Source: Nemertoderma westbladi (Eukaryota > Animalia > Xenacoelomorpha). From it: 64,000 nucleotides of DNA. Numbering within the stretch: position 1 is the stretch's first letter; every line of letters starts with the position of its first letter. Location of the stretch: assembly GCA_032718475.1 (NCBI GenBank), contig JAUCBJ010006938.1:62001-126000 (forward strand), in the 5' to 3' direction. The position numbers and the translations under genes were made by a program. This document shows positions 1-11,505 of this stretch, piece after piece. Under the pieces are notes generated by a model that was given only the letters and a program-made list of their open reading frames with translations, did no database searches and had not been told where the DNA came from.

Positions 1-77
1 TACTGTTACAAACCGGTACAAGGAACCGCTCCGGTGGTAAGTCGCTTACCTCAATTCAAAGTAATAAGTTGTCTATC

Positions 78-546
78 ATGGTTTTGTTCAGAAATGGAAA
101 AAAATGAGAAAGCACGTCACCGGAGCCATAAACAGCACCTGGACAAAACCATAATACTAAACCTTTAATTACAGTTGCATTAACAGCTCAACTCCAATTT
201 ATTTATTTAAAATCACCTGGCAGCAATACTCGAGCTGAATATTTATTTATTTGTACTTTCCTCCTGTTTCACTCTAACATACTTGAGGCGGGTAGGTCCG
301 ATGTTAGAGATAGGATATGCAACTTAAGACTGCCTGTTCAATAGAAGTGGATTAGGTGGGAGAGTGAATGTCAGGGTCAAATTGCTGAACTAGTTAGCAC
401 TACTGATGAGGCCTGATAGGCTGAACCGTACGTATACCGCTGGTTCAACCCTCGGTGACGCGCTTTCTCATTTTTTTCCATTTCTGAACAAAACCATACT
501 ATTACATCTTTAATTACAGTTGCATTAACAGCTCAACTCCAATTTA
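78..546. repeat. Inverted repeat (78-122 / 453-497) plus direct repeat (~163-201 / ~508-546) surrounding a degenerate hammerhead; possible Penelope-like pseudo-LTR or retrozyme remnant
   Basis: atggttttgttcagaaatggaaaaaaatgagaaagcacgtcaccg is the reverse complement of 453-497 (1 mismatch); ctttaattacagttgcattaacagctcaactccaattta occurs twice. Confidence 0.6.
387..446 (+). ncRNA. Degenerate type I hammerhead ribozyme
   Basis: CTGATGA(403)-GGCC tgata GGCT-GAAC(for GAAA)-CGTACG-TA: core boxes, stem II, palindromic stem III and a GUA site; core mutated and stem I decayed. Confidence 0.5.
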
Positions 547-756
547 ACTCCCATTCATTTGTCTATCATAAGGGCTTTCAATATAATATGTATTTTTATA
601 ATGTATGATATGTACAATTTATTTACAGTATATTTATAATATATACAACCGATGGTATTCATCCTTTGATCCCAAGATTCCCTTAATCCCTTAATTCCAG
701 ATTAACTACAACAATTATCTTTATTTTAATAAATTATTTTACGTATCTCCTTTCAG

Positions 757-871
757 GCATGGCTTTACAGGCAGATCAGTGGTTCTCAACCCTGGGTTTT
801 ATCGTGACATTGATGGTTTAATTCCACTGGGTGATAATGTACTATCATCGATGAAACGGACTCAGCAAAAT
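757..871 (+). CDS. beta/gamma-crystallin domain protein, internal exon A
   Basis: tttcag| acceptor, |gtgag donor; HGFTGRSVVLNPGFYRDIDGLIPLGDNVLSSMKR Greek-key motif (FxG...DNxxSS). Confidence 0.85.
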
Positions 872-1058
872 GTGAGAAAAATTAGACCATGGAAAAGTTA
901 TTTTTTGTAATATCCTATTCTATAGCTTTTTAGTTTATTTTCCATTAATTAAATAGTGGCACATTGAGGTTAAAACATGCAAGTTACTTATTTATACGTT
1001 TTACGATATTTATACTTTTACATTTGATATAAATACATCAATGATATGTTTTGTTTAG

Positions 1059-1213
1059 GTTGAAGAGCCTTGTTCAGCGCCTTTGATAACCTTTTACAAT
1101 GACAACGATTATAAAGGGGAATATTTCTCAGTCAGTGCCGGAGTTCCAAGCGGTGGGTTTAAAAATGCTCACCAACACGATCTGATATCATCTATAAAAG
1201 TCGCATGTGGAGA
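1059..1213 (+). CDS. beta/gamma-crystallin domain protein, exon B
   Basis: tttag|...|gtaagt; ITFYNDNDYKGEYF...HDLISSIKVACG; splice phase matches exons A and C. Confidence 0.85.
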
Positions 1214-1959
1214 GTAAGTACTTACATTTATACATCAAAAACATGTAGCGGCTTATGTTCAATCAGTCTCATATTTCAGTAGACTAATTTATATTATGAA
1301 AAATGATATGTCAATTGAATTGAATTGAAAAGACATTTAAAATTATTATACTATCCTTATATTATTTAATACTAATGAGCTAGGAAACCAAATTTTATTA
1401 TATTTATATGATTACATATTTACTGAATTAGCAATCACAGCTTTATTTACATAACTACCATAATAACACATTTTTCTAGCCTACTAACACTAAGGGGGGT
1501 TGGTGGCTAGATTATCAGGCAGACTCCCAGCTCGTCCAGCTATATCATCTCTTGGTTGGTATATCTTATTGGATGTTGTTCCTAGCCAACTTGTTAAGGG
1601 ACTGGAAAATAAATCTGTCATTACTATTTTTGCGGACAAAATATTAACTATGATATTTATCAAATAATTTGTTTATTAGGGATTGTGGAATTGAGGCAGG
1701 GCTGAGAGTAACTGAACTAAGGGATTCTCAATTCTATTTGAAGTGTTGGGTTCTAAGGTGATGACGAATTTCAAACATGGGTTACTAAAATAAGGCAACA
1801 TTTGATAGCTTGAACATTAAACTGAGATATTTATTTTTTGGATAAAATTATATAATTAGTTATTAGTTCGGGCCTTGCGGACACCTTGAACCACCAATTG
1901 TCTGTCATTAATGAGAGTTTCTGTTCTTAGTAGAAAAATAGAATCTAGAATATTGTGTT

Positions 1960-3110
1960 CTACACCTCCACACCATCATTGTTGAGGGAGCTAAATGTGG
2001 CCTTAATATCAACCCCAGTAAATGTGAGTTTTATTTTCTCAGGCCATTATCTGATTCATCGCATTCAGGAGGAATTCAACTTGATTTGCCATGAAATTCA
2101 GTTCCAACCACCAGATAATCTAACCAAGCCATCACCCACCACCTGTGATGGATGATGAAAAGACTTCAAGACACTTAGCAGCCGACTCCAACTAATGGAT
2201 AGCCACCACGCCATCTTACTGCTGAAGAATTCCTTCTCAATCCTCCAGCGACTCTATTTCCTGCTTTACTATAAACCCGACTTACTAGCCGAGTACGATC
2301 GACAGTTTCGTTTGTGCTCCAGGAGGTAGCAAATGTCCATATTGACAATTCAGCTAGGACTCAAGCCTGTCTACCAGCCCGGATGGTGGACTTGGCCTGA
2401 GCTCGGCAATCCAACTCGCACCATCAGCTTACTTAAGCTCGACGAATCGTTGCTAAACTCTGTCAAGCCGCTTGCTCGCAGCCACCCCAACCGCTGCAAG
2501 GTAATGCAACCCCACAACTGCGCTGTTTGTGGTGGCTCTGTGGATGCGGATGGTCTACATGGTCTCTTATGTATATGATGCGCTAGACAGTTTGACCACC
2601 ACTCCATTTTAAATGACATCATGAAGCGGGCGCTGTCCAGCTGCGTGATGGCAAACATTGAGACGGTGTTTCTGTCGTACCCTGGAGCTGCGGAAAAACT
2701 TTAACCACCTCTTTAAGATCCACCACCTCTTTTGACTACTCTATGAAACTTTAACTTGGGAGGCCACCATAACCCATCCACTTGCTCCCAGCCATCTGTC
2801 TAAAACAGTGTCAGAAGGAGAAGAATTTATACCGAGAAGAACTTAAACGGAAGAAATATGCTGAGCTAGTTGATCAGGGATGTCTATTTCACCCAGTGTC
2901 CTTTGAGACCTTCAGGGGCCAAGGATCATCCACTGCCGTTTTTCTTAAAGAAATCGGCAGAGACTACACTCCACACACTCGAACCATGGTCACGTCACGT
3001 TCTCCTGCAACGCATCAACTCATCAGCAACACATGCAATCCTTGGCACTACTGATTCCCCCTGTTCTAAAGGTCTTTTCGATATTATTGAGACCTCTCCA
3101 TCCCAGCGTG
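1960..3110 (+). mobile_element. Decayed 3' fragment of a CRE-like (RT-RLE) non-LTR retrotransposon in a crystallin intron
   Basis: Frame-broken motifs GLNINPSKCE, HHAILLLKNSFSI, CAVCGGSVDADGLHGLLC, LNDIMKRAL, KRKKYAEL..FHPVSFETF; boundaries approximate. Confidence 0.7.
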
Positions 3111-3340
3111 CCCTAAACTATGCAATATTCTTTTTTACTCCAATAGTAGATTTTATTTAATTTTAATTCACGAACTTGAATACTTTTATTAAATTTCCTT
3201 TTTATTAATTTATTATTATGTTTCAAAGTTGTGTGGTCTGTGTCATTGTCATATAATATATTCTTCCATATTATTATTCTTCCATATTGTGAATTTGAAA
3301 ATGAGTGATGGTTTTCAAATAAATACATTATATATTTAAG

Positions 3341-3454
3341 ATGGCTGATTTATCAAGACAATTACAGAGGTAGAAAAGCGATACTAAAACCTGGAAATTA
3401 CCCAAATGCTGGTACTTGGGGACATATGGCTCCTGTTGACAACTCTATAACAAG
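3341..3454 (+). CDS. beta/gamma-crystallin domain protein, exon C
   Basis: taag|...|gtgggt; WLIYQDNYRGRKAILKPGNYPN...DNSITS; phase 2 at both ends. Confidence 0.85.
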
Positions 3455-3866
3455 GTGGGTAATACTACTAATTTAATTTTACATAAGTAAGAAAATCTTG
3501 ATTAGTTTTATCTTATATTATATTTAATTAATAAAATATTCTTATTTATTATTTCTTAAATATCTACTTTTTGAATATAAATATTTACTTATAGTTGCTC
3601 AATTCTATATAATATAGAGCCATATAATGTTACACAAAATATATTGAACTGTAGAATTTTACTAAATTGCTTCCATAGTTACTGCGATTCAAATTATTGT
3701 TATCTTCAAATCCTGATGCTGCCTTACTCAATATTAAAATAATTTAGTTTAATTTAAATTTTTTAAATTTAGTTTAATTAAGTTTAAATAATTTAATTTA
3801 CACTTTATGACAGTTAATATTGTTGAGCTTTAAACGTTTGTTGTACATTAAGCATAATATTTACAG

Positions 3867-4040
3867 TGCTCGACCGGTAACAGCTCATGGTGATGAGCCG
3901 ACAATCGCGATATTCGAACATTCAAACTACGATGGCCGAATGTTAGTTCTCGATGAATCCTGCCCCAACATTCATGATCTTCGCTTCGGAGACATAACCT
4001 CTTCCGCGATAGTAACCGGAGGTGCCTGGCGGCTCTATGA
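3867..4040 (+). CDS. beta/gamma-crystallin domain protein, exon D
   Basis: ttacag|...|gttagt; PTIAIFEHSNYDGRMLVLDESCPNIHDLRFGDITSSAIVTGGAWRLYE. Confidence 0.9.
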
Positions 4041-4136
4041 GTTAGTGTTTATTATTTTTATATTTTAATAGATTATCAACATTTTTGTTAATTGTTAAAT
4101 ATAGTGTAGGGATAATCTTTTAGGCTCGTTAAGTCA

Positions 4137-5151
4137 TGGAATGCCTGTTCACCACCATAGGTGATCTTCCACAGTAAACCCTTCCATTCTGTTTCCTAAA
4201 GGAATGCCTGTTCACCACCATGGGTGAACTTCCGCAGTAAACCCTTCCACTATGTTTCCTAAAGGAATGCCTGTTCACCACCATGGGGGATCTTCCACAG
4301 TAAACCCTTCCACTCTGTTTCCCAAAGGAATACCTGTTCACCACTATGGGTGTTCTTCCACAGTAAACTCTTCCACTCTGTTTCCAAAAGGAATGCCTGT
4401 TCACCACCATAGGTGATCTTCCACAGTAAACCCTTCCATTCTGTTTCCTAAAGGAATGCCTGTTCACCACCATGGGTGATCTTCCGCAGTAAACCCTTCC
4501 ACTCTGTTTCCTAAAGGAATGCCTGTTCACCACCTTGGGTGATCTTCCACAGTAAACCCTTCCACTCTGTTTCCTAAAAGAATGCCTGTTCACCATCAGG
4601 GGTGACCTTCCACAGTAAACCCTTCCACTCTGTTTCTTAAAGGAATGCCTGTTCACGACCATGGGTGATCTTCCACAGTAAACCCTTCCACTATGTTTCC
4701 TAAAGGAATGCCTGTTCACCACCATGGGTGATCTTCCGCAGTAAACCCTTCCACTCTGTTTCCTAAAGGAATGCCTGTTCACCACCTTGGGTGATCTTCC
4801 ACAGTAAACCCTTCCACTCTGTTTCCTAAAATAATGCCTGTTCACCATCAGGGGTGACCTTCCACAGTAAACCCTTCCACTCTGTTTCTTAAAGGAATGC
4901 CTGTTCACCACCATGGGTGATCTTCCGCAGTAAACTCTTCCACTATGTTTCCTAAAGGAATGCCTGTTCACCACCATGGGTGATCTTCCGTAGTAAACCC
5001 TTCCACTCTGTTTCCTAAAGGAATGCCTGTTCACCACCTTGGGTGATCTTCCACAGTAAACCCTTCCACTCTGTTTCCTAAAAGAATGCCTGTTCACCAT
5101 CAGGGGTGATCTTCCACAGTAAACCCTTCCACTCTGTTTCTTAAAGGAATG
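4137..5151. repeat. 63-bp minisatellite, about 16 copies, with a 4-unit higher-order period
   Basis: Unit aaggaatgcctgttcaccaccatgggtgatcttccacagtaaacccttccactctgtttccta; explains the 21-aa-repeat ORF 4129-5190. Confidence 0.95.
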
Positions 5152-7383
5152 TGTTTCGAACAAACTACCCGGCCTAACCAATAAAGACACAAAACTGCTC
5201 TATTTATTAAACAGGGCAATCAGGAGCGTATAATTGCTAATGTAGGGCTGCTGAGTACAAACCGCTACTTACCGTTGGATGGCACTAATCTGCCTTCCGC
5301 TAATATATTTCCTAATTTTCTACGGCTCCTGCTAAATTCTCGTTCCTTTCTCTATCGATTACTCAATAGAGAGCTAACTGTTCGAATATATGAGCCAAGC
5401 GGGAATAACCAAAACAACAAACCCGAATCGGCTCCATAAGCTGACTTAAAACGAGTGTGAGAGGCTCTACACTCAGAGTATATTTTATAATCTAATCTTA
5501 CTGTAAAAAGCGCTAATAATTACGTCTTTTTCTAATCTAATCTAATCGCATCTAATCTAATCGCAAAGACTGGGGTTCCCTAACGGAATGTGTGAATGTG
5601 AGAATATTTTAATAATCAAAACTTCTAGTACAGTATCTTTTAGGGCTAATACCTGCTGTGGGACTAAACTTGCCTACGGCTGGCTTTAGGCCAGCAAATT
5701 ACTAATGCGTGTTGCGTACTGTATACTGCGATCTAACTTATTGTCCGCTAATTAAATAACCGCCCAGCGTGAATAGTGTACGGTACTCCAAATTACTACC
5801 TTAACTACTCTCCGCTATGCTGCGTACAAATTCTTAATTTTACTAATTAATTACAGTCACAAGTATGTTACAGCGTACTAATTACTAAGTATTCCAGAAT
5901 GCGCAATTCTAATTTATTACGTATCTGGTTGTACTAGTAACAGTCTAATACCGTATTATTTTCGACCTAATCAGTAATTATTTACAGTAAACTAAGAAAT
6001 AGAAATCAATCAAAGGGGAAAAGAGCACCTATCCAAGCATTCGTGATTTATTAGGCACACTTTAGTAACACACCAATCAGCGTAACAATCAATATTTTAT
6101 ACTTACCAACTTAATTCCTAACGCACAATTCTCAATTAGCGATCAATAGTTCACAACTCGCAGTCTACTACTCAGTTTGCGATGCACAATCCGCAATTCG
6201 CAATTCGCAATGTAAGGCACGTAGGCCTCTCCCGAGTACATCTAGGCTTCCTAACTAACCCAATTCCTGCCCCCCTAATACTACAAAATAGAGACAAAAT
6301 CTGGATCATCAGCCCCTAATTGCTGTACCAGCGAGTGGTCTCCGCTCTACACTGCCAACTGCCCGACCGCAACAGTGGCCTTCCCGCCAGCGCTGCCCGC
6401 CTTTGAATCCTCCGCACTCCCTTCGTCGCTAACCCCCCGATGCGCCCGTCGCGCTTACCGGTACCTTAGCCCTCCATTAAAATGAATAGCTACCGTAACG
6501 GCACATGCAAATCACAAAGTCTGACAGTCTAAGAAATCCTGTGGGATTATTGCGTCGAAAGGAATCACATAGAACCATTAACTAAAGGGTAGAAATCATA
6601 GTTCCAATTGTAATTAACAGTAATCATCGGGATTGATTGAGAAACACAAGCAAGAATCAATTAGCTAATCATTGCAAGAAAATAATTCCGAAAAAAGAGC
6701 AGAAATACAGAATTTACGCACAAAATGTATCTGAAACTCTGAATAATCAAGCTACAAAGGTGACTAAGGAGAGAATAAGACTGTAAGCATAGCACATACC
6801 GGCAAACCGCCAATTTATAGGTGATTCATGGAGGATGATGCAATCGCTCTCTCATTGGCTCCACAATCCGCGCTATCATTAGACCAACCTGGAAGCAGTT
6901 AGGCCATTAAGGAAGCCGGATTGTGAACCTCTCGCTCCTTGAAATCACAAATCGTTACCATATATGGTAATTCTGGCGATGCTTAATTTAGCAGTACTAA
7001 TAACATGTTGCACAAAGGTTAATTTAGCGCAATCATAGAGAAAATTAAAACCAATAGCTTGCCCCATCAAGGCTAATAACAGCAAGCCCATATCCAGGGT
7101 CCAACGGAAACTTGCTACCCTGGAACTATCTACTTATATCCTATTACAAAATTACATAGGTAGGGCTACATACTATACAAAATGGATGAATTCAAAATAT
7201 ATGGGCGTTTTATTTTCCTTATCTAAATGTCATTGTGCATTACTATGTCTTATCTAAATAATTATATTGCATAACGGACTAATATATTACACTATATAAC
7301 GGACTAATATATTATACTGTATAACTGCTAATATATGTACAGTATAACGGACTAATATATGTACAGCGCCATATACTGTAACA
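5152..7383 (-). repeat. Putative 3' LTR (~2.2 kb) of Bel/Pao-derived element 1
   Basis: Begins tgtttcg exactly where the satellite stops, ends taaca, followed by ccgctcc, the same PPT-like motif that follows the LTR of the second Bel/Pao element at 44754; no partner LTR in the window. Confidence 0.6.
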
Positions 7384-7671
7384 CCGCTCCAAGGGAAATC
7401 ATGCAATGTTTCCCTCCACTTGTAGAAGAGTATAAGGCGATGTATACAAAACAAAATAATTCGCTTTCAAAATAATCTAAATAACTATTAATTGATGGTT
7501 TGTTTAACTTGGTTGGTTTAAATAGCGGCTTCCTTGATACTGCTGTACTAATGCTGTATAATACTGCTGTACTGCACCCGATGAACTGCCAGACTGCCTG
7601 GCGCCATATTAAACTGCCCAATAAATGTAACAATTATTTGGGATCTTGTTGTTATAATAATATCCTTGGTG

Positions 7672-8955
7672 ATGTCTCAAGGGTCGCAACGTTGTTGTAA
7701 TTGCGTGGCCCGTGAGTGCGCCCCACGCACCCCCCAAGGTGGTGGCTTTAGGGGTGGACAATGCGGCTGTGTCCGGGCGGAGCGTCCGTGTCGGAACTGC
7801 ATCAAACTCGACTCTGGGGGCTGCCGAAACCCCTTTAGGGCTTCTTCTATTCCCGCCCGTTCTACAGCGGTGCAAGCCGAAGTGACCGGGGTTGTTTGCT
7901 CTAACGTATTCGACGAACTTTCCCCGAGTTCCAGCAGCGATTCGGACAATGACTCCACCTCAACCGCCAGTACTGTGCGTCCACTCAGATCGCTCATGTT
8001 TTCCCCAAGCGGTGTTACGGCTATAAGCCCCTCCTTAATCGATGAAACCACGAGCGCAACCACCTCTGCTATTTCAGGGATGCTGGAAGACGCATTTGGG
8101 GGTGCCTGGGTAAACTCTCCAGGCTCATCTACCGATCCGGTTTGGGAGGCTCTCCATGCATGTCTTGCTCTTCTACCAAGCCGTCGCTACATTGTTCCTG
8201 GCGATAACGTGGGGCGCAAGGTGGTCGACATCCTCACAAGGGAGTTGGACAACCTGGCGGAGGGGGCGCACCCATCCGAGCGCCCCCTCTGCTTTATCGC
8301 TACCATCTTCCAATGAGATAAAGACGTGGTCAACACTCCGGATATCCAGGCGGACGATTCTGCGTCGAATAGACATGTGGGAGCGTGGTTAGTTCGATAC
8401 TCTAATAAACGAGGCCACATGTTGCAACACAAAGTTCCCGTCTGGTGATCACCTACCCCCACCGGACTTGGCTCGGTCATTCAACCAAAAAATTCTCGCT
8501 GGCATGAACCGGGCCGCAGTTCTGATGGTAACTGAGCGGGACTGCGGGGGTGTCCTTGACCCCAACGCACAGGCGGAGGGTCAGCCACAGGGTGTGAAGG
8601 TTCGGGATTTCCTCCTGCTGAAACACCCGCCTCAGATGCCCACCTCCCCAGACTCTCTCGAACCCGGCAACGAACTCCCTCCCCTTGAGGGCCTGGATGT
8701 TAAGGACAGACTGTTTTAAAGGTTGCCAGGAAACTCTGTGGTAGTGCCGGTCCCATCGGCGGGGACGCCGAATTCTGGCACGCAATCCTCACACGCTATG
8801 AGGCGCACAGCTCTCGCCTCCGTGAAGCCGTTGCTGGACTATGCCGCCGCCTCGCTAACACCATTGTCCCATGGGGTGAGATTAGGGCCCTATGGGCCTG
8901 TCGGCTTGTTGCACTCGACAAGGAGCCCGGTGTCCGCCCCATTGGGGTTGGTGAG
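7672..8955 (+). pseudogene. CRE ORF N-terminal part, broken by stops and frameshifts
   Basis: MSQGSQRCCNC...CGCVRAERPCRNC; RRIDMWERG; RLVALDKEPGVRPIGVGE in shifting frames. Confidence 0.75.
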
Positions 8956-11505
8956 GTGCTATATCGTCTCCTTTCCAACTGCACCACGTTGAAAACGAAG
9001 GCGGATATCTCCAAAGAGTGCGGGGCAGACCAATTGTGTGCCGGTGTCAAAGCCGGGATTGAAGGGGCCATTCACGCCATGTCCTCAATTTTTGAGGAAA
9101 ACGGGACCGAGGCGATGTTGCTTGTCGATGCTCGCAACGCCTTTAATAGCATCAGTCGCCCTGTTGCACTCTGGAACTGCCGTGTTCTTTGGCATCGTGC
9201 CTCGCGCTTCCTGTTCAATTCATATAATGGCCACGCGGCTCTCTTCCTCGACGGCAGCGACCAGCCATTGTGGAGCCAGGAAGGGTGGACCCAGGGGGAT
9301 CCAGCTGCTATGCTCGGCTATGGGTGTGGAGTTCTCCCCATGATCAGGAGGTTGCGGGCTGTTCAAGATCCAGGTTTGCACACCCCCAGTGCTCTGTCTC
9401 CACTGCTGCATGGGACTCGGGGTCAATCGTCGCCACCTCACAGTCTGCCTCCTGACCTCGGTTCTCAACCGTCGCCACTACACGGTCTGACACCGGACAC
9501 CAGTTCTCAACCGTCGCCACTGCACGGTCTGCCACCGGACACTGGTTCCCAACCGTCGCCACATCGCACTCAGCCACCTGACCCGGGTACTCAACCGTCG
9601 CCACCTCGCAGTCTGCCATCTGACCCCGGTTCTCAACCGTCGCCACTGCACGGTCTGCCACCCGTCCCGGGTTCTCAACCGTCGCCACCATGCGGTCTGC
9701 CACCGGACACCGGTGCCCAACCGTCTCCACATCGCAGTCTCCAATCTGACCCCGGTTCTCAACCGGCGCCTCCTCACTGTCTGCCACCTTTCCCGGGTTC
9801 TCAACCGTCGCCACCACACGGTCTGCCACCGGACCATGGCCACCAGACGCCGCTATCTTGCAGTCTGCCACCTGACCCCGGCCCACAGCCGTCGCCACCC
9901 CACGGTCCGCCACCGGACCCCGGCCCCCAGCCATCTACATCACCTAGCCAACCATCACAGCGCCAGTGCTGGTATGCCGACGATGCCTCGTCGGCTGGCA
10001 CTCTGTACGGGGTGTGGTGCTGGTGGCGCAAACTCTGCCAGGAGGGCCCTAAGATAGGCTATAACCCAGAGGCAACCAAGAGTTTCCTGGTGGTAAAACC
10101 TGAGTTCGAAGTCGAGGCTCGTGCGATGTTCGGGCTATGGGGGATCCAGGTTGTTTCCGGTCAGCGTTTCCTGGGTGGTTATATCGGGGCAGCGTCGGGG
10201 AGGAAACAGTTCGTAGCCAAAAAGGTGTCTGGCTGGGTGTCGAATGTTGGGAAACTCGCGGAGGTGGGCAAAGTGTACCCCCAGACCGCGCACACCGGGA
10301 TGTCCCGGTGTGTTCAGGCCGAATGGGACTACCTCCTTCGGGTTGTTCCTACGGAGGACAGTGAGATCGCCCCTATCCGGACGGCGCTGCTGCAGACCTA
10401 CATCCCTGTGCTCTTCGGAACCTGCCTGAACGAGGCCGACGAGGATCTCGTTCTCCTCCCGGCGCGGCATGGAGGAGTCGGTCTGCGGGACCCGCTGATG
10501 CGGAAGGGCCCAGCTCGGGACGCATCTACCCACGGGACATCGATTGTAACCGACGCCATCCTTTCGGGACTGTCCCTCAACGTCCCCGACCACAATGCTC
10601 AGCTATCTGAGGTCCTAAAGGAGAGCCGCATTGCCCAGGACATCCTGTACAAGGAGAAGCAGGAGGTTGCAGTGGCAGCACTCCCAACAAGACGTCGGCG
10701 AACGGTGGAACGAACCGTTAATAACAAGACTGGGGGTTGGTTGATGGCCCAGCCATCAGCCCTTGATCATACGGACCTCAGCCCGGATGAGTTCAGGGAC
10801 AACCTGGCTCTCCATTATGGCCTTGACCCGCCAGGTCTTCCAGCAAAGTGCGAGGGTTGTGGGGAGTCTTTCTCCACTGCACACGCACTGAGCTGCAAGT
10901 CTGGCGGGCTGATCATTAAGCGCCATGATGAGGTGCGAGAGGTCTTTGGAGAGTTGTTGGCCTCGGTGGTTGGGCCATCGAGCGTGGAACGAGAGGTGAC
11001 CCTTGCCCAAGGTCATTTGGACCGTGATGGCTGGGCAGTAGGGGGAGTGCGAGCTGACTTGGTTGCTCGGGGGGTCTGGGCCAATCAACGGGTGGCGTCG
11101 TTTGATATTTCGTTAATTAACGCTGACGCCACCTTGTATGCCCAGGCCAACCGTTCGACCGAGTCACTGCTTGAGGAGCGGTGCCGGCATAAGAAATGCC
11201 ACTACCGCACCGTCTGCGAGGACCGGAGGATGGCCTTCACTCCCCTGGTCGGCACCACTGACGGTGTCTGGAGCTCCGAGGCCCAGATCCTTATCCGCCA
11301 TCTCGCAGAGTCACTTGTGGCAAGGCGAGATGGTATGTGGGAGAGGGGCCTCGTGTGCGTGCTGGGGGGTGTTCGCCGGCGGCTGCAATTCGCACTCCTC
11401 CGGTCCAACTCCCTCTGCCTCCGTGGTGGGCGGCGTCCGTGGCGTGGGTTAGGGTTCGGGGATGGGGCTGGGATCCGTGGGGTGGGGCTCGCAAGGGTAT
11501 ACTGA
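8956..11505 (+). CDS. CRE-like reverse transcriptase / RLE endonuclease (C-terminal open segment)
   Basis: LLVDARNAFNS, TQGDP, WYADD, CEGCGESFSTAHALSC, RHDEVRE, RADLVARG..FDI. Confidence 0.9.
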   Translation: MLYRLLSNCTTLKTKADISKECGADQLCAGVKAGIEGAIHAMSSIFEENGTEAMLLVDARNAFNSISRPVALWNCRVLWHRASRFLFNSYNGHAALFLDGSDQPLWSQEGWTQGDPAAMLGYGCGVLPMIRRLRAVQDPGLHTPSALSPLLHGTRGQSSPPHSLPPDLGSQPSPLHGLTPDTSSQPSPLHGLPPDTGSQPSPHRTQPPDPGTQPSPPRSLPSDPGSQPSPLHGLPPVPGSQPSPPCGLPPDTGAQPSPHRSLQSDPGSQPAPPHCLPPFPGSQPSPPHGLPPDHGHQTPLSCSLPPDPGPQPSPPHGPPPDPGPQPSTSPSQPSQRQCWYADDASSAGTLYGVWCWWRKLCQEGPKIGYNPEATKSFLVVKPEFEVEARAMFGLWGIQVVSGQRFLGGYIGAASGRKQFVAKKVSGWVSNVGKLAEVGKVYPQTAHTGMSRCVQAEWDYLLRVVPTEDSEIAPIRTALLQTYIPVLFGTCLNEADEDLVLLPARHGGVGLRDPLMRKGPARDASTHGTSIVTDAILSGLSLNVPDHNAQLSEVLKESRIAQDILYKEKQEVAVAALPTRRRRTVERTVNNKTGGWLMAQPSALDHTDLSPDEFRDNLALHYGLDPPGLPAKCEGCGESFSTAHALSCKSGGLIIKRHDEVREVFGELLASVVGPSSVEREVTLAQGHLDRDGWAVGGVRADLVARGVWANQRVASFDISLINADATLYAQANRSTESLLEERCRHKKCHYRTVCEDRRMAFTPLVGTTDGVWSSEAQILIRHLAESLVARRDGMWERGLVCVLGGVRRRLQFALLRSNSLCLRGGRRPWRGLGFGDGAGIRGVGLARVY
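9421..9935 (+). repeat. 42-bp coding tandem repeat (~12 x GSQPSPPHGLPPDP) inside the RT
   Basis: Recurrent ggttctcaaccgtcgccac...; in frame between QGDP and YADD. Confidence 0.9.

Noticed and set aside
1490-1950. Possible Penelope remnant (LPYF-like motif on the minus strand)
   Set aside because: Too decayed to support
4129-5190. 353-aa ORF as a real repeat protein, or the array as a CRISPR
   Set aside because: By-product of a 63-bp tandem unit; no unique spacers, no cas genes, eukaryotic context
9344-9934. Antisense repeat ORFs (VATVEN, WRRL)
   Set aside because: Shadow frames of the 42-bp repeat
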